A stretch of 64,000 nt of DNA, taken from positions 185,766 to 249,765 of the forward strand of contig JAHFLF010000001.1 in the NCBI GenBank assembly GCA_023255625.1, given 5' to 3'. This stretch comes from Candidatus Harrisonbacteria bacterium. GTDB lineage: Bacteria > Patescibacteriota > Minisyncoccia > UBA6257 > 1-14-0-10-44-23. Position numbers and translations under genes: made by a program. Numbering within the stretch: the first letter of the stretch is position 1; each line of letters begins with the position of its first letter. Positions 28,631-36,166 of the stretch are shown here, one piece after another. The notes under the pieces were generated by a model. It was not told the origin of the DNA, did not search any database, and saw only the letters and a program-made list of their open reading frames with translations.

Positions 28631-28793
28631 AAAACACTCAAAGTTGTATAGTAGAAATGTAGGTCCCCTGCACGGAAAAATACCGAGGATCCGTAAAGGG
28701 CATGGCAACTCAAACCGGTGAAAGGAGTCGACCGACCAAAGAGCCGTGAGTTCGTTCTGACCTTGTTCTGACCAGTCCACACACGGAGGTTCG

Positions 28794-29018
28794 ATGCCCA
28801 TCGACGACGATCGTGATCGCGCTACCTGCCTAGTGCTCCTTGCCTATCGCGTGCTGCTTGCGTGTAGGAAAAAGGGGTACAGAGGTCCGCTACTCATGAC
28901 GGAATCGATGGACCGCGCCTGGTACTACCACCTGGGAGCGAAGCGGGCTCTCTTCGGAGAGTTCGAGTCAGCGGTGATGGAGGAAGTCTTCCAAGCACTG
29001 CATCTTCGCTACAAGTAG
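28794..29018 (+). CDS. small hypothetical protein
   Basis: GGAGG SD, GC-rich codons, downstream hairpin at 29118-29147. Confidence 0.5.
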   Translation: MPIDDDRDRATCLVLLAYRVLLACRKKGYRGPLLMTESMDRAWYYHLGAKRALFGEFESAVMEEVFQALHLRYK

Positions 29019-29164
29019 TATATCCGGGCGCACCGGCCCTGTGCGATATCGTGGAGCGCCACAACCGCCGATGGCAATCAGGCGCCAACCGCATAGCTGG
29101 TACTGGTCCACATTCCAGCCGGCGAACCCCTTGCGGGATTCGCCGGCACCAAACTCTACTTTAA

Positions 29165-29458
29165 ATGACAAAACGCAATTGGAATAACGATAAGACAAAT
29201 GAACTGGTCGGCGCGCTTCTCTCGTTAAAAAACGCGACCGACATGAAAAGTTTTTTACGCGATCTACTCACCGAGGATGAAATTATTGAATTTGGAAAAC
29301 GCTGGGAGGCGGCCCGCATGCTGGCTGCCGGCGTTCCCTACTCTGAAATAAGCAAAGCCGTTGGCCTCTCGTCCCGCACCGTGGCACGGGTGGCGCAGTG
29401 GTTTCACGCCGGCAAAGGCGGCTACAAACTCGCCATCGGCTCACTCAAAAGAAAATAA
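29165..29458 (+). CDS. YerC/YecD TrpR-like repressor
   Basis: FLRDLLT..EI....RW..ARML..G.PY..I....GLSSRTVARV..W...G.GGY. Confidence 0.92.
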   Translation: MTKRNWNNDKTNELVGALLSLKNATDMKSFLRDLLTEDEIIEFGKRWEAARMLAAGVPYSEISKAVGLSSRTVARVAQWFHAGKGGYKLAIGSLKRK

Positions 29459-29496
29459 TCTCCTGCTTTACAATTCAGTTAAATTGTTAAGTACCC

Positions 29497-29529
29497 TTGA
29501 CGCTAGCACTTTACTATAGTAAAGTGCTA
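29497..29529 (+). promoter_or_regulatory. promoter with perfect 26-bp palindromic operator
   Basis: TTGACG-17-TAAAGT overlapped by TAGCACTTTACTATAGTAAAGTGCTA (29504-29529). Confidence 0.8.
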
Positions 29530-29532
29530 TTT

Positions 29533-29601
29533 ATGACTGTTTTCACAACACAACTGCATCATCTGCATACCGATACCCTCCCCGGGAGTGGTTTGTGTTG
29601 A
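29533..29601 (+). CDS. putative leaderless leader peptide MTVFTTQLHHLHTDTLPGSGLC
   Basis: ATG 7 nt after the -10 box; His/Thr cluster; downstream hairpin at about 29648-29698. Confidence 0.45.
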   Translation: MTVFTTQLHHLHTDTLPGSGLC

Positions 29602-29718
29602 TTGAGTAGTTACGCTTACAAATAGCGCACACGAATAGAATCAACCCAATCCCCTCCTGAAAACTCCGGCGCGTCGCCGGAAAACTGGGAGGGGTTTTGA
29701 TTTGGGAAAGGCAAGGCA

Positions 29719-30426
29719 ATGACTAAGGAACTTGTCCGAGTGAAGCTGCTCATCTTCGCCATCGCACCGAACGAAAAGGAGCGACGGACCGCTGCCGCAA
29801 GTCACACGGCCGAAGGGTATATGCGTGATGGCCCACAGATGCTCGGGATCTGTCTGGCAACCTTCGACCAACTGCCTCAGCTGCTCGCGGCCGTCCGGAA
29901 GACTGAAGAGTTCAGGCGCGATGCCGCGGGTCGGGCGGAAAGCGAGGCTGGCAGGATGTTCGCTGCTGCACTGCGCAACGAATCGGATCGGGAAGAGTTC
30001 TATGCTCACACCGTCGCCATCGGCATCATGATGAGTATCGCCGCAGCTTGTCAGGATGCGGGCATGCTCTTCACGCCGGAATTCCCGCGCTACAACCTCC
30101 GCGCTGCCTCAGATACCTACATTAAGACATCCATGAAGGTGGTCCCAGGGATCACGATCTGCATCGGCCCGCATTTCCAGAAGGAGCATCCCTACCTGGT
30201 CATGATCTACGACAAGCCGGGGCTGCTCTGGTGCGGCGAGGCGGCCAAGCTCCCGGAGATCAACTTCGAGACCAGCGCGTGCACACCCGACCCAACGGAT
30301 GTCGCGTGGACGGAGTCCTACTACACCATGTTCTGCTACCACACCGGCATGAAGACCAAATGGCGTAAGAAGGACTCGCCATTCACCAGTGTCGGTGGTC
30401 ACGGCGGATCCTACGGCGGGCACTAG
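29719..30426 (+). CDS. hypothetical protein
   Basis: 235 aa ORF with GC-rich third codon positions; no motif recognised. Confidence 0.65.
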   Translation: MTKELVRVKLLIFAIAPNEKERRTAAASHTAEGYMRDGPQMLGICLATFDQLPQLLAAVRKTEEFRRDAAGRAESEAGRMFAAALRNESDREEFYAHTVAIGIMMSIAAACQDAGMLFTPEFPRYNLRAASDTYIKTSMKVVPGITICIGPHFQKEHPYLVMIYDKPGLLWCGEAAKLPEINFETSACTPDPTDVAWTESYYTMFCYHTGMKTKWRKKDSPFTSVGGHGGSYGGH

Positions 30427-30462
30427 GCAACATCAACCCATAACTGAACGAAGGAGAATCAG

Positions 30463-31710
30463 ATGAACAAGGCGCTTCTCGTCGTCTACCCGGGCGGGCT
30501 CGCTGGCGGCGGTACGCTCCAGCAGATCCGCGCCAGCTACACCGACCTCGCCGCTCTGGCGGCGAGTCTCGGCATGAGGTTCGAGACGGCCTGGGATCCG
30601 CGCTCGAATCTGCCTGCGCCTACATTTCCGCTGGTCCTGGGCAGTGCCGGCTACTACGCCCGGCATCAGGAGCTCAAGCAGTGGGCAGGCGAGGTGCGCA
30701 CACGGCTGCACGAACAAGGCGTGAGCGAGCTGACGGTGTATGGCTTCGGGTACACCAGCTTCATCCCCTACGCCTTCGAAGGATACGACGATGTTCGGGT
30801 GATCTGGGGAGACTGCTCCCCGCCTGACACCGATGTTCTCGGCGGCGATCTCTCGTCGCGCTTCTACGGCAAGGCCTACGAACGGACGCGCGGCCTCTGC
30901 TACGGCTGGCATGAGGGAGGGCCACTCACGCGCCGGCCACTGATGTATTCGTACTCCATGACCGCGCAACCGTTTGGCAAGGAGTATGTCGGGTCTCTGC
31001 TGGCGCAGCGTCTCACAACTCCCGAACCGCTCGGTGGCGAGGGGGCGATCAGGATTGTGCTCTCGGCTTCAGACATCTGGTCGCCGAATGCAATCGGTGT
31101 CTGGATGACCGAGCAGCAGCACCGTGACACCGTTCTCCGGACGGCGCTTCTCATGGACGCCATTCGAACCTGCGCGCAGCAACTCGGGCGCAAGGTTGTC
31201 CTCTACGCGCACCCGACTCTTCGCAAGGTCAATGTTCCGACGCGCAGCTTCTATCCCAACCAGAGCGGACTGGAGGGATTTGCGGAGGCCGGAGGCATCA
31301 CCCTGGTGGACACGCACACGAGCGCGTGGACACCGGAGCAGTATCGGGCGCTCTTGCGAAGCGCCAACCTGGTCGTAACTCGCGCGTCGCATTCGGTAAC
31401 CTCTGCCGAATGTGCAGCGATGGGAATCCCCCAGGCACTCTGCCCCATGCCGTCAATGGGGTACATGAACGAAGGAGAGTTCACCTCTGACATTCGGGAC
31501 CGCGGGCTGGCCATGGTCCTCGATCCTCTGTCGCGGGGGCTGTGGCGACAGATCGCCACGGCGCTGACCGACGACAATCTGCGGCGCGACACCACCCGCC
31601 GCGCCTGCGAAGAGTTCGACAGGATCAATGACCGCCAGAACTTCTTCAAGAATCTAGCAACCCTCATCGAAGTTTCCTGGAGAAATTCAGATGACTACGA
31701 AGTAGCATAG
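30463..31710 (+). CDS. GT-B glycosyltransferase-like protein (GT28/MurG-type C-terminal motif)
   Basis: ANLVVTRASHSVTSAECAAMGIPQALCP...RGLAMVL; AAGGAG SD. Confidence 0.6.
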   Translation: MNKALLVVYPGGLAGGGTLQQIRASYTDLAALAASLGMRFETAWDPRSNLPAPTFPLVLGSAGYYARHQELKQWAGEVRTRLHEQGVSELTVYGFGYTSFIPYAFEGYDDVRVIWGDCSPPDTDVLGGDLSSRFYGKAYERTRGLCYGWHEGGPLTRRPLMYSYSMTAQPFGKEYVGSLLAQRLTTPEPLGGEGAIRIVLSASDIWSPNAIGVWMTEQQHRDTVLRTALLMDAIRTCAQQLGRKVVLYAHPTLRKVNVPTRSFYPNQSGLEGFAEAGGITLVDTHTSAWTPEQYRALLRSANLVVTRASHSVTSAECAAMGIPQALCPMPSMGYMNEGEFTSDIRDRGLAMVLDPLSRGLWRQIATALTDDNLRRDTTRRACEEFDRINDRQNFFKNLATLIEVSWRNSDDYEVA

Positions 31711-31719
31711 CAACCTGAC

Positions 31720-31747
31720 CCGGGCGGCGCTTGCAAGCGCCGCCCGG
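31720..31747. terminator. perfect 28-nt GC palindrome between the GT and GH84 genes
   Basis: CCGGGCGGCGCTTGCAAGCGCCGCCCGG; no U-tract. Confidence 0.5.
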
Positions 31748-31769
31748 ACAGACACCATACTTATATACT

Positions 31770-33314
31770 ATGCAGAAAAAATTATTCGGAATCGTTGAAG
31801 GATTCTTTTCAAGCCCGCTGCCGCTCTGGTCAAATTCAGAGCGTATTTCGATTATTCAACTTCTCGCAGAACAACCTTCTTTGATTAACGCATATCTTTA
31901 TTGCCCTAAAAATGATGTCTACGTAACTTCGGAATGGGCAACTCTATATACTCAAAAAAATATTAAGCCCATTATAAAAGCAGCACGATTATGCTCACGC
32001 ACTAATATCAATTTCTACTACGGCCTCAACCCAACTCTTACAGATTTCTCAGAAAGATCATCAAAAAATACGGCACGAAAGATTATTAAAAAATTAGAAC
32101 AACTTAGAACATTAGGCATAGACTCGTTTTGTCTCCTATTTGATGACATACCCTTTGCCTATAATATTCTTGCTGACGAAAAATCAATACGGGACGCACA
32201 AGCAGGCGCGGCACAAGCCATCATTGCCAATGTAGTGTACGATTGGCTCGGTAATAAACCGGGGGCACTACTGGTCTGCTCATCAGAATATTTTTTTACA
32301 CGCAAAACAAAATTTCTTGAGGCATTTGACAGCACTCTTAAAAAAGATATTCCTGTGCTCTGGACGGGGTCAGGCGTGTATGAAAAAAATCTCGGAAGCA
32401 GTACTGTTGTCGCGGCTCAAAATTCTATTGCCGCAGAGAGGCCCCTCATATGGTGGAACAATTATCCGGTTAATGATTGCGAACACATTCCTGGAACATT
32501 CCACTTCGGTGCTTTTAACGGCCCACCCATAAAAGCCTTCCAAAAACTAGATGGCATTTTTGTTAATCCCATGCGAGAAGCCATGCTGAATATAGGAGTG
32601 CTCGCGACATTCAAACAATACCTGGAAAATCCTAGACAATATAATCGCGATAGAGCACTTAGGGTGGTATGTACAGAAAAATTTGGTAAAGCGGGCAGGG
32701 CTCTCTACCGGCTTGGATCTTCATTCGCAGATAAAAATACGGTTGATGCTGAACCAAGAGAATATGCTAAAAAAATCCTCGCTGTAAAAACTAATGAGCA
32801 GCTACGGATTGTATATGCATCTATCAACGCGGACCAAAAACTTATTGAGGCATATAAAAAGAACGACGCTGACTCTGCGTGGGGATCATTTTGCTTGTAC
32901 ATAGCAATGCTTTTAAAGCCGCGCATCAAAGCAGCTATGCAAGTAGCTCAAACTAACAAGGCGGGCTTTGAGAAAATAACAGAGCCGTTACTTAGATTTC
33001 CTGTTGTAACCGAAAAACGCTACCTTACTAAAATCTATAAAACAATCATGGATAGGCAGAGGATGATCTCTGCCTGGCAAAACTTCGGGAATGTAGCATT
33101 ATTAAATGCCATTTCAAACCTCGGTATCCTCTATGGGAAATATAACGGGAAAAATCGTCTCTCTATCAGCAGTTCCGATGAAGCAATGTTGCGAAAAAAT
33201 ATCAAAATTACTATCAGGAAACAAAAGGAACTTCTAGTTAAGTATTGTTTAGTCGCCGATAAAATTAAAAAAATAAAAACACTAATAAGATGGTGGAATA
33301 TGAATGGTTATTGA
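31770..33314 (+). CDS. GH84 beta-N-acetylglucosaminidase (O-GlcNAcase/hyaluronidase family)
   Basis: GIVEGFF, YLYCPKND, catalytic LLFDDI, WTGSGV, WNNYPVND, NPM. Confidence 0.85.
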   Translation: MQKKLFGIVEGFFSSPLPLWSNSERISIIQLLAEQPSLINAYLYCPKNDVYVTSEWATLYTQKNIKPIIKAARLCSRTNINFYYGLNPTLTDFSERSSKNTARKIIKKLEQLRTLGIDSFCLLFDDIPFAYNILADEKSIRDAQAGAAQAIIANVVYDWLGNKPGALLVCSSEYFFTRKTKFLEAFDSTLKKDIPVLWTGSGVYEKNLGSSTVVAAQNSIAAERPLIWWNNYPVNDCEHIPGTFHFGAFNGPPIKAFQKLDGIFVNPMREAMLNIGVLATFKQYLENPRQYNRDRALRVVCTEKFGKAGRALYRLGSSFADKNTVDAEPREYAKKILAVKTNEQLRIVYASINADQKLIEAYKKNDADSAWGSFCLYIAMLLKPRIKAAMQVAQTNKAGFEKITEPLLRFPVVTEKRYLTKIYKTIMDRQRMISAWQNFGNVALLNAISNLGILYGKYNGKNRLSISSSDEAMLRKNIKITIRKQKELLVKYCLVADKIKKIKTLIRWWNMNGY

Positions 33315-33317
33315 AAT

Positions 33318-34061
33318 TTAATCTTTCTTCTCTCCCTCCCTATTTTTCGCAATCTTATTCAGCAACTTATCCAAATCCCCATCCAGCACCGTCTCAATTT
33401 CATGCACTTTTGCATTAAATCGGTGGTCGGTAATCCGGTCATCTGGAAAATTGTAGGTACGGATTTTTTCTGACCGGTCGCCGGTGCCTACTACATCACT
33501 GCGACTGCCCGAAAACTGGCTAAGCTCTTTTTCGCGCTGCATAGCAAACAACTTAGCGCGCAGTACCGACATCGCCGTCTCGCGATTAGCGTGCTGGCTA
33601 CGCTCGGCGCGGCTGCTTACCACAATGCCGGTTGGCTTGTGTGTTACGCGCACGGCCGTTTCAACTTTGTTCACATTCTGGCCGCCCGGCCCGCCGGCCC
33701 GGCTAAAAGTTACTAAAATATCACTGTCATTGATGACAACCTCTTTTGGCTCAACCTCCGGAAGTATGGCAACGGTTGCAGTTGAGGTGTGTACTCTCCC
33801 CTGTCTCTCGGTAGCCGGAACACGCTGCACGCGGTGCGTACCGCTTTCTAACTTAAGCGCATCATACGCGCCTGTTCCGGTAATCCGCGCGGCAAAAAAC
33901 TTATACCCGCCATTACCCATGTCGTTTGAATCAAGCAATTGAAAAGCCCAGCCCTTATTCTGACTGTAGCGCTGATACATGCGCGCTAAATTACCGGCAA
34001 ACAGCCCGGCCTCGTCGCCGCCGACACCTGCTCGAATTTCTAAAATAACTTTGTTGGTCAT
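33318..34061 (-). CDS. prfA: peptide chain release factor 1, lacking N-terminal domain 1
   Basis: [15 protein letters not shown] anticodon motif, GGQ, RTYNFP; only 247 aa. Confidence 0.9.
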   Translation of the reverse strand: MTNKVILEIRAGVGGDEAGLFAGNLARMYQRYSQNKGWAFQLLDSNDMGNGGYKFFAARITGTGAYDALKLESGTHRVQRVPATERQGRVHTSTATVAILPEVEPKEVVINDSDILVTFSRAGGPGGQNVNKVETAVRVTHKPTGIVVSSRAERSQHANRETAMSVLRAKLFAMQREKELSQFSGSRSDVVGTGDRSEKIRTYNFPDDRITDHRFNAKVHEIETVLDGDLDKLLNKIAKNREGEKKD

Positions 34062-34077
34062 ACCCTTTTAAAGTGGA

Positions 34078-34188
34078 GGCACTGGGTTTGACCCTAGACG
34101 GCCCTCTCGCAGGCCGAGGAGGCCGAGAGGAGTCGCTGCGCGAGCCGCGCGCAGATAGACGGGGCCGGTCTGGGGCAAAACCAGTGCC
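34078..34188. repeat. GC-rich branched hairpin element
   Basis: ggcactgggtttgaccctagacggccc ... gggccggtctggggcaaaaccagtgcc with internal hairpins. Confidence 0.65.
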
Positions 34189-34235
34189 GAAACATTGTGC
34201 TATAATACAATAAAGCATGCTGTTAGGCAACAAAC

Positions 34236-34634
34236 ATGAAAAATTTACTGCCACTTATATTGGTCGCTGACGAGGAAAAAGAATTCCGCGATCTGATCGT
34301 CGATGTACTACACACCAAAGGATTTCAAACTGCAACCGCAAGCAACGGCGAAGATGCCGTCGCCGCGGCCCGCAAATATCATCCGGCGCTTATTCTAATG
34401 GATGTGGATATGCCGAAAAAAAACGGGATTGAGGCCACGCTAGAACTACAGCAGGATCCGCACACTAAGAATATCAAAATCATGTATCTTTCTAATCTCG
34501 GCGACGCTTCCTGGGCGGCGGCGACCGAAACAAATCGAAAATTGGCAAAACAAATAGGGGCCGTTGATTATTTTAAAAAAGGCGGCAATTTAGATACGCT
34601 GATTGATCGCATCAGATTCCACTTGGCCTCCTGA
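34236..34634 (+). CDS. single-domain response regulator
   Basis: ILVADE, ILMDVDMPKKNG, LSN, K; upstream TGcTATAAT extended -10. Confidence 0.92.
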   Translation: MKNLLPLILVADEEKEFRDLIVDVLHTKGFQTATASNGEDAVAAARKYHPALILMDVDMPKKNGIEATLELQQDPHTKNIKIMYLSNLGDASWAAATETNRKLAKQIGAVDYFKKGGNLDTLIDRIRFHLAS

Positions 34635-34638
34635 TATA

Positions 34639-35112
34639 AGATACCAATATACAAATGGTACTAATGCAACGAATGAATACTAATCAGACAACTCAAAAAT
34701 CTGAACTTCTGTATCCTCAACTTTCATTTACTATTGTCGGTGTACTTTTTGACGCCCATAATGAGCTCGGGCCCTATGCCAGAGAAAAACAATACGGCGA
34801 TAGCATCGAGGCAAAATTTAAGTTTGCAAAAATACCCTATCGACGAGAATGCGCTATTGGAACATCCACAAATATAGCTGATTTTATTATCAATGATTTA
34901 ATATTGATTGAACTAAAAAGTAAGCGACTCCTGTTGCGAGAAGATTATGAACAAACACAGCGCTACTTGCAGGCAGGAAATTTACGCCTTGGCTTACTGG
35001 TGAATTTCCGGAATAAGTATTTGAAACCTGTTCGCGTTGTTAAAATAGATAGCCCTCATCGTAACTATTAGTAATTATTGGTATCATTCGTTTAATTAGT
35101 AAATTAGTATCT
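34639..35112. mobile_element. GxxExxY cassette bracketed by inverted low-complexity repeats
   Basis: Left end AGATACCAATATACAAAT versus reverse complement of right end AGATACTAATTTACTAAT. Confidence 0.55.
34664..35071 (+). CDS. GxxExxY protein (PD-(D/E)xK-like)
   Basis: HNELGPYAREKQY, ADFII, IELK, Q..RYL, LGLLVNF; start uncertain (34655/34664/34673). Confidence 0.92.
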   Translation: MQRMNTNQTTQKSELLYPQLSFTIVGVLFDAHNELGPYAREKQYGDSIEAKFKFAKIPYRRECAIGTSTNIADFIINDLILIELKSKRLLLREDYEQTQRYLQAGNLRLGLLVNFRNKYLKPVRVVKIDSPHRNY

Positions 35113-35118
35113 TCCATC

Positions 35119-35520
35119 ATGCGTCAACAACCCCTCGTACTCCTAGCCGACGATAATGCTGATTTTAAAGAGATTATCTCTGCTAAACTTGTGCAGCAGG
35201 GTTTTGAAATTGCCGAGGCAAATGACGGAGAGGAGGCAATCGCGAAAGCAAAAGCTCTGAAACCGGATCTGATCGTCATGGACATTGATATGCCCCATGT
35301 AAACGGCACCGAGGCCGTGCTGGAAATTAAGGGCAATGCAGATACTAAAGATATTCCGATTATTTTTTTCTCAAGTTTGGAACACCCCTGGCCCGGCAAT
35401 GTTTCGGCCGACAAAACAGAGTTTGCCAAAGACCTTGGCGCGGTAACCTTCCTGAAAAAAAGTGAAGACTTGAATGTGATCGTGGAGACGATCAAGAAGT
35501 TGGCTAAACCCATTGGCTAA
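35119..35520 (+). CDS. single-domain response regulator
   Basis: LLADD, IVMDIDMPHVNG; paralog of 34236-34634. Confidence 0.92.
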   Translation: MRQQPLVLLADDNADFKEIISAKLVQQGFEIAEANDGEEAIAKAKALKPDLIVMDIDMPHVNGTEAVLEIKGNADTKDIPIIFFSSLEHPWPGNVSADKTEFAKDLGAVTFLKKSEDLNVIVETIKKLAKPIG

Positions 35521-35702
35521 ACAACCGGGCCGAAGAAGTGTACGCCGGCTCCAAAAAGCAGGATGGCCAAAAGCCCGAGCATAATCGCGGAGAAATACTC
35601 TTCGTTTTCGTTCATGGCGGCAAAACCAACCCCGCCAATGATGAGTGACGCGGCAATACAAATGATGCCAAATATTTTGGAGACTACTCCAAGGATAACC
35701 AT
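35517..35702 (-). CDS. small 2-TM membrane protein
   Basis: 61 aa, two hydrophobic helices. Confidence 0.55.
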   Translation of the reverse strand: MVILGVVSKIFGIICIAASLIIGGVGFAAMNENEEYFSAIMLGLLAILLFGAGVHFFGPVV

Positions 35703-35756
35703 TTAGGTGCTATATCTAACTAATTTTAGTATAGCATTTTCCGGGCAGGATTAGCA

Positions 35757-36164
35757 TTATCGCGACTTTGGCCATGGATTTTCGGGAAGAGCGAAAACGA
35801 ATTCGCTTATCTCAAAAGCTGCAAGCTCATCTCCGACTTTAGTATTCCACTCTTTCCTAATCATATTAATAATTTCCTCGGGAGTTCCCGCGACATCTTT
35901 CATGATTGACTCTCCAATCTTAACTGTTCCTTTTTCATGCCAGCGCCCGACTCTCAACTTACTACTCTTGAGCAGAGGGAGAAGATATTCAAGAACCTTC
36001 TCGGGAGCTAGGGAATTTTTTGCTCTCATCTCCTCTATATTTTTATAATCAGTACTTTGGTCTATAAATTCTCCCAAAAAATCGTTCAATGTTAACCACT
36101 CCTTGGCTTCATGCAATTTATAGTGCGCATGTTTCTGAAATTTTGGAGTTAGCTCTTCAAACAT
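35757..36164 (-). CDS. putative immunity protein
   Basis: Small AT-rich ORF starting 2 nt after the toxin stop; L..LL....L.VG...TPEE.I..IR.EW pattern. Confidence 0.65.
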   Translation of the reverse strand: MFEELTPKFQKHAHYKLHEAKEWLTLNDFLGEFIDQSTDYKNIEEMRAKNSLAPEKVLEYLLPLLKSSKLRVGRWHEKGTVKIGESIMKDVAGTPEEIINMIRKEWNTKVGDELAAFEISEFVFALPENPWPKSR

Positions 36165-36166
36165 AT

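Noticed and set aside
28655-28790. Possible c-di-GMP riboswitch in the leader of the 28794 ORF
   Set aside because: It has GGCAA and GAAA fragments but lacks the GGCAAAC...GACGCAAA core and the P2 pattern, so it is left unassigned.
34062-34254. Programmed frameshift restoring a full-length release factor
   Set aside because: The motif is PAT (RF1), not SPF; there is no CTT-TGA slippery site, and the upstream sequence is a hairpin and promoter with no RF-like coding.
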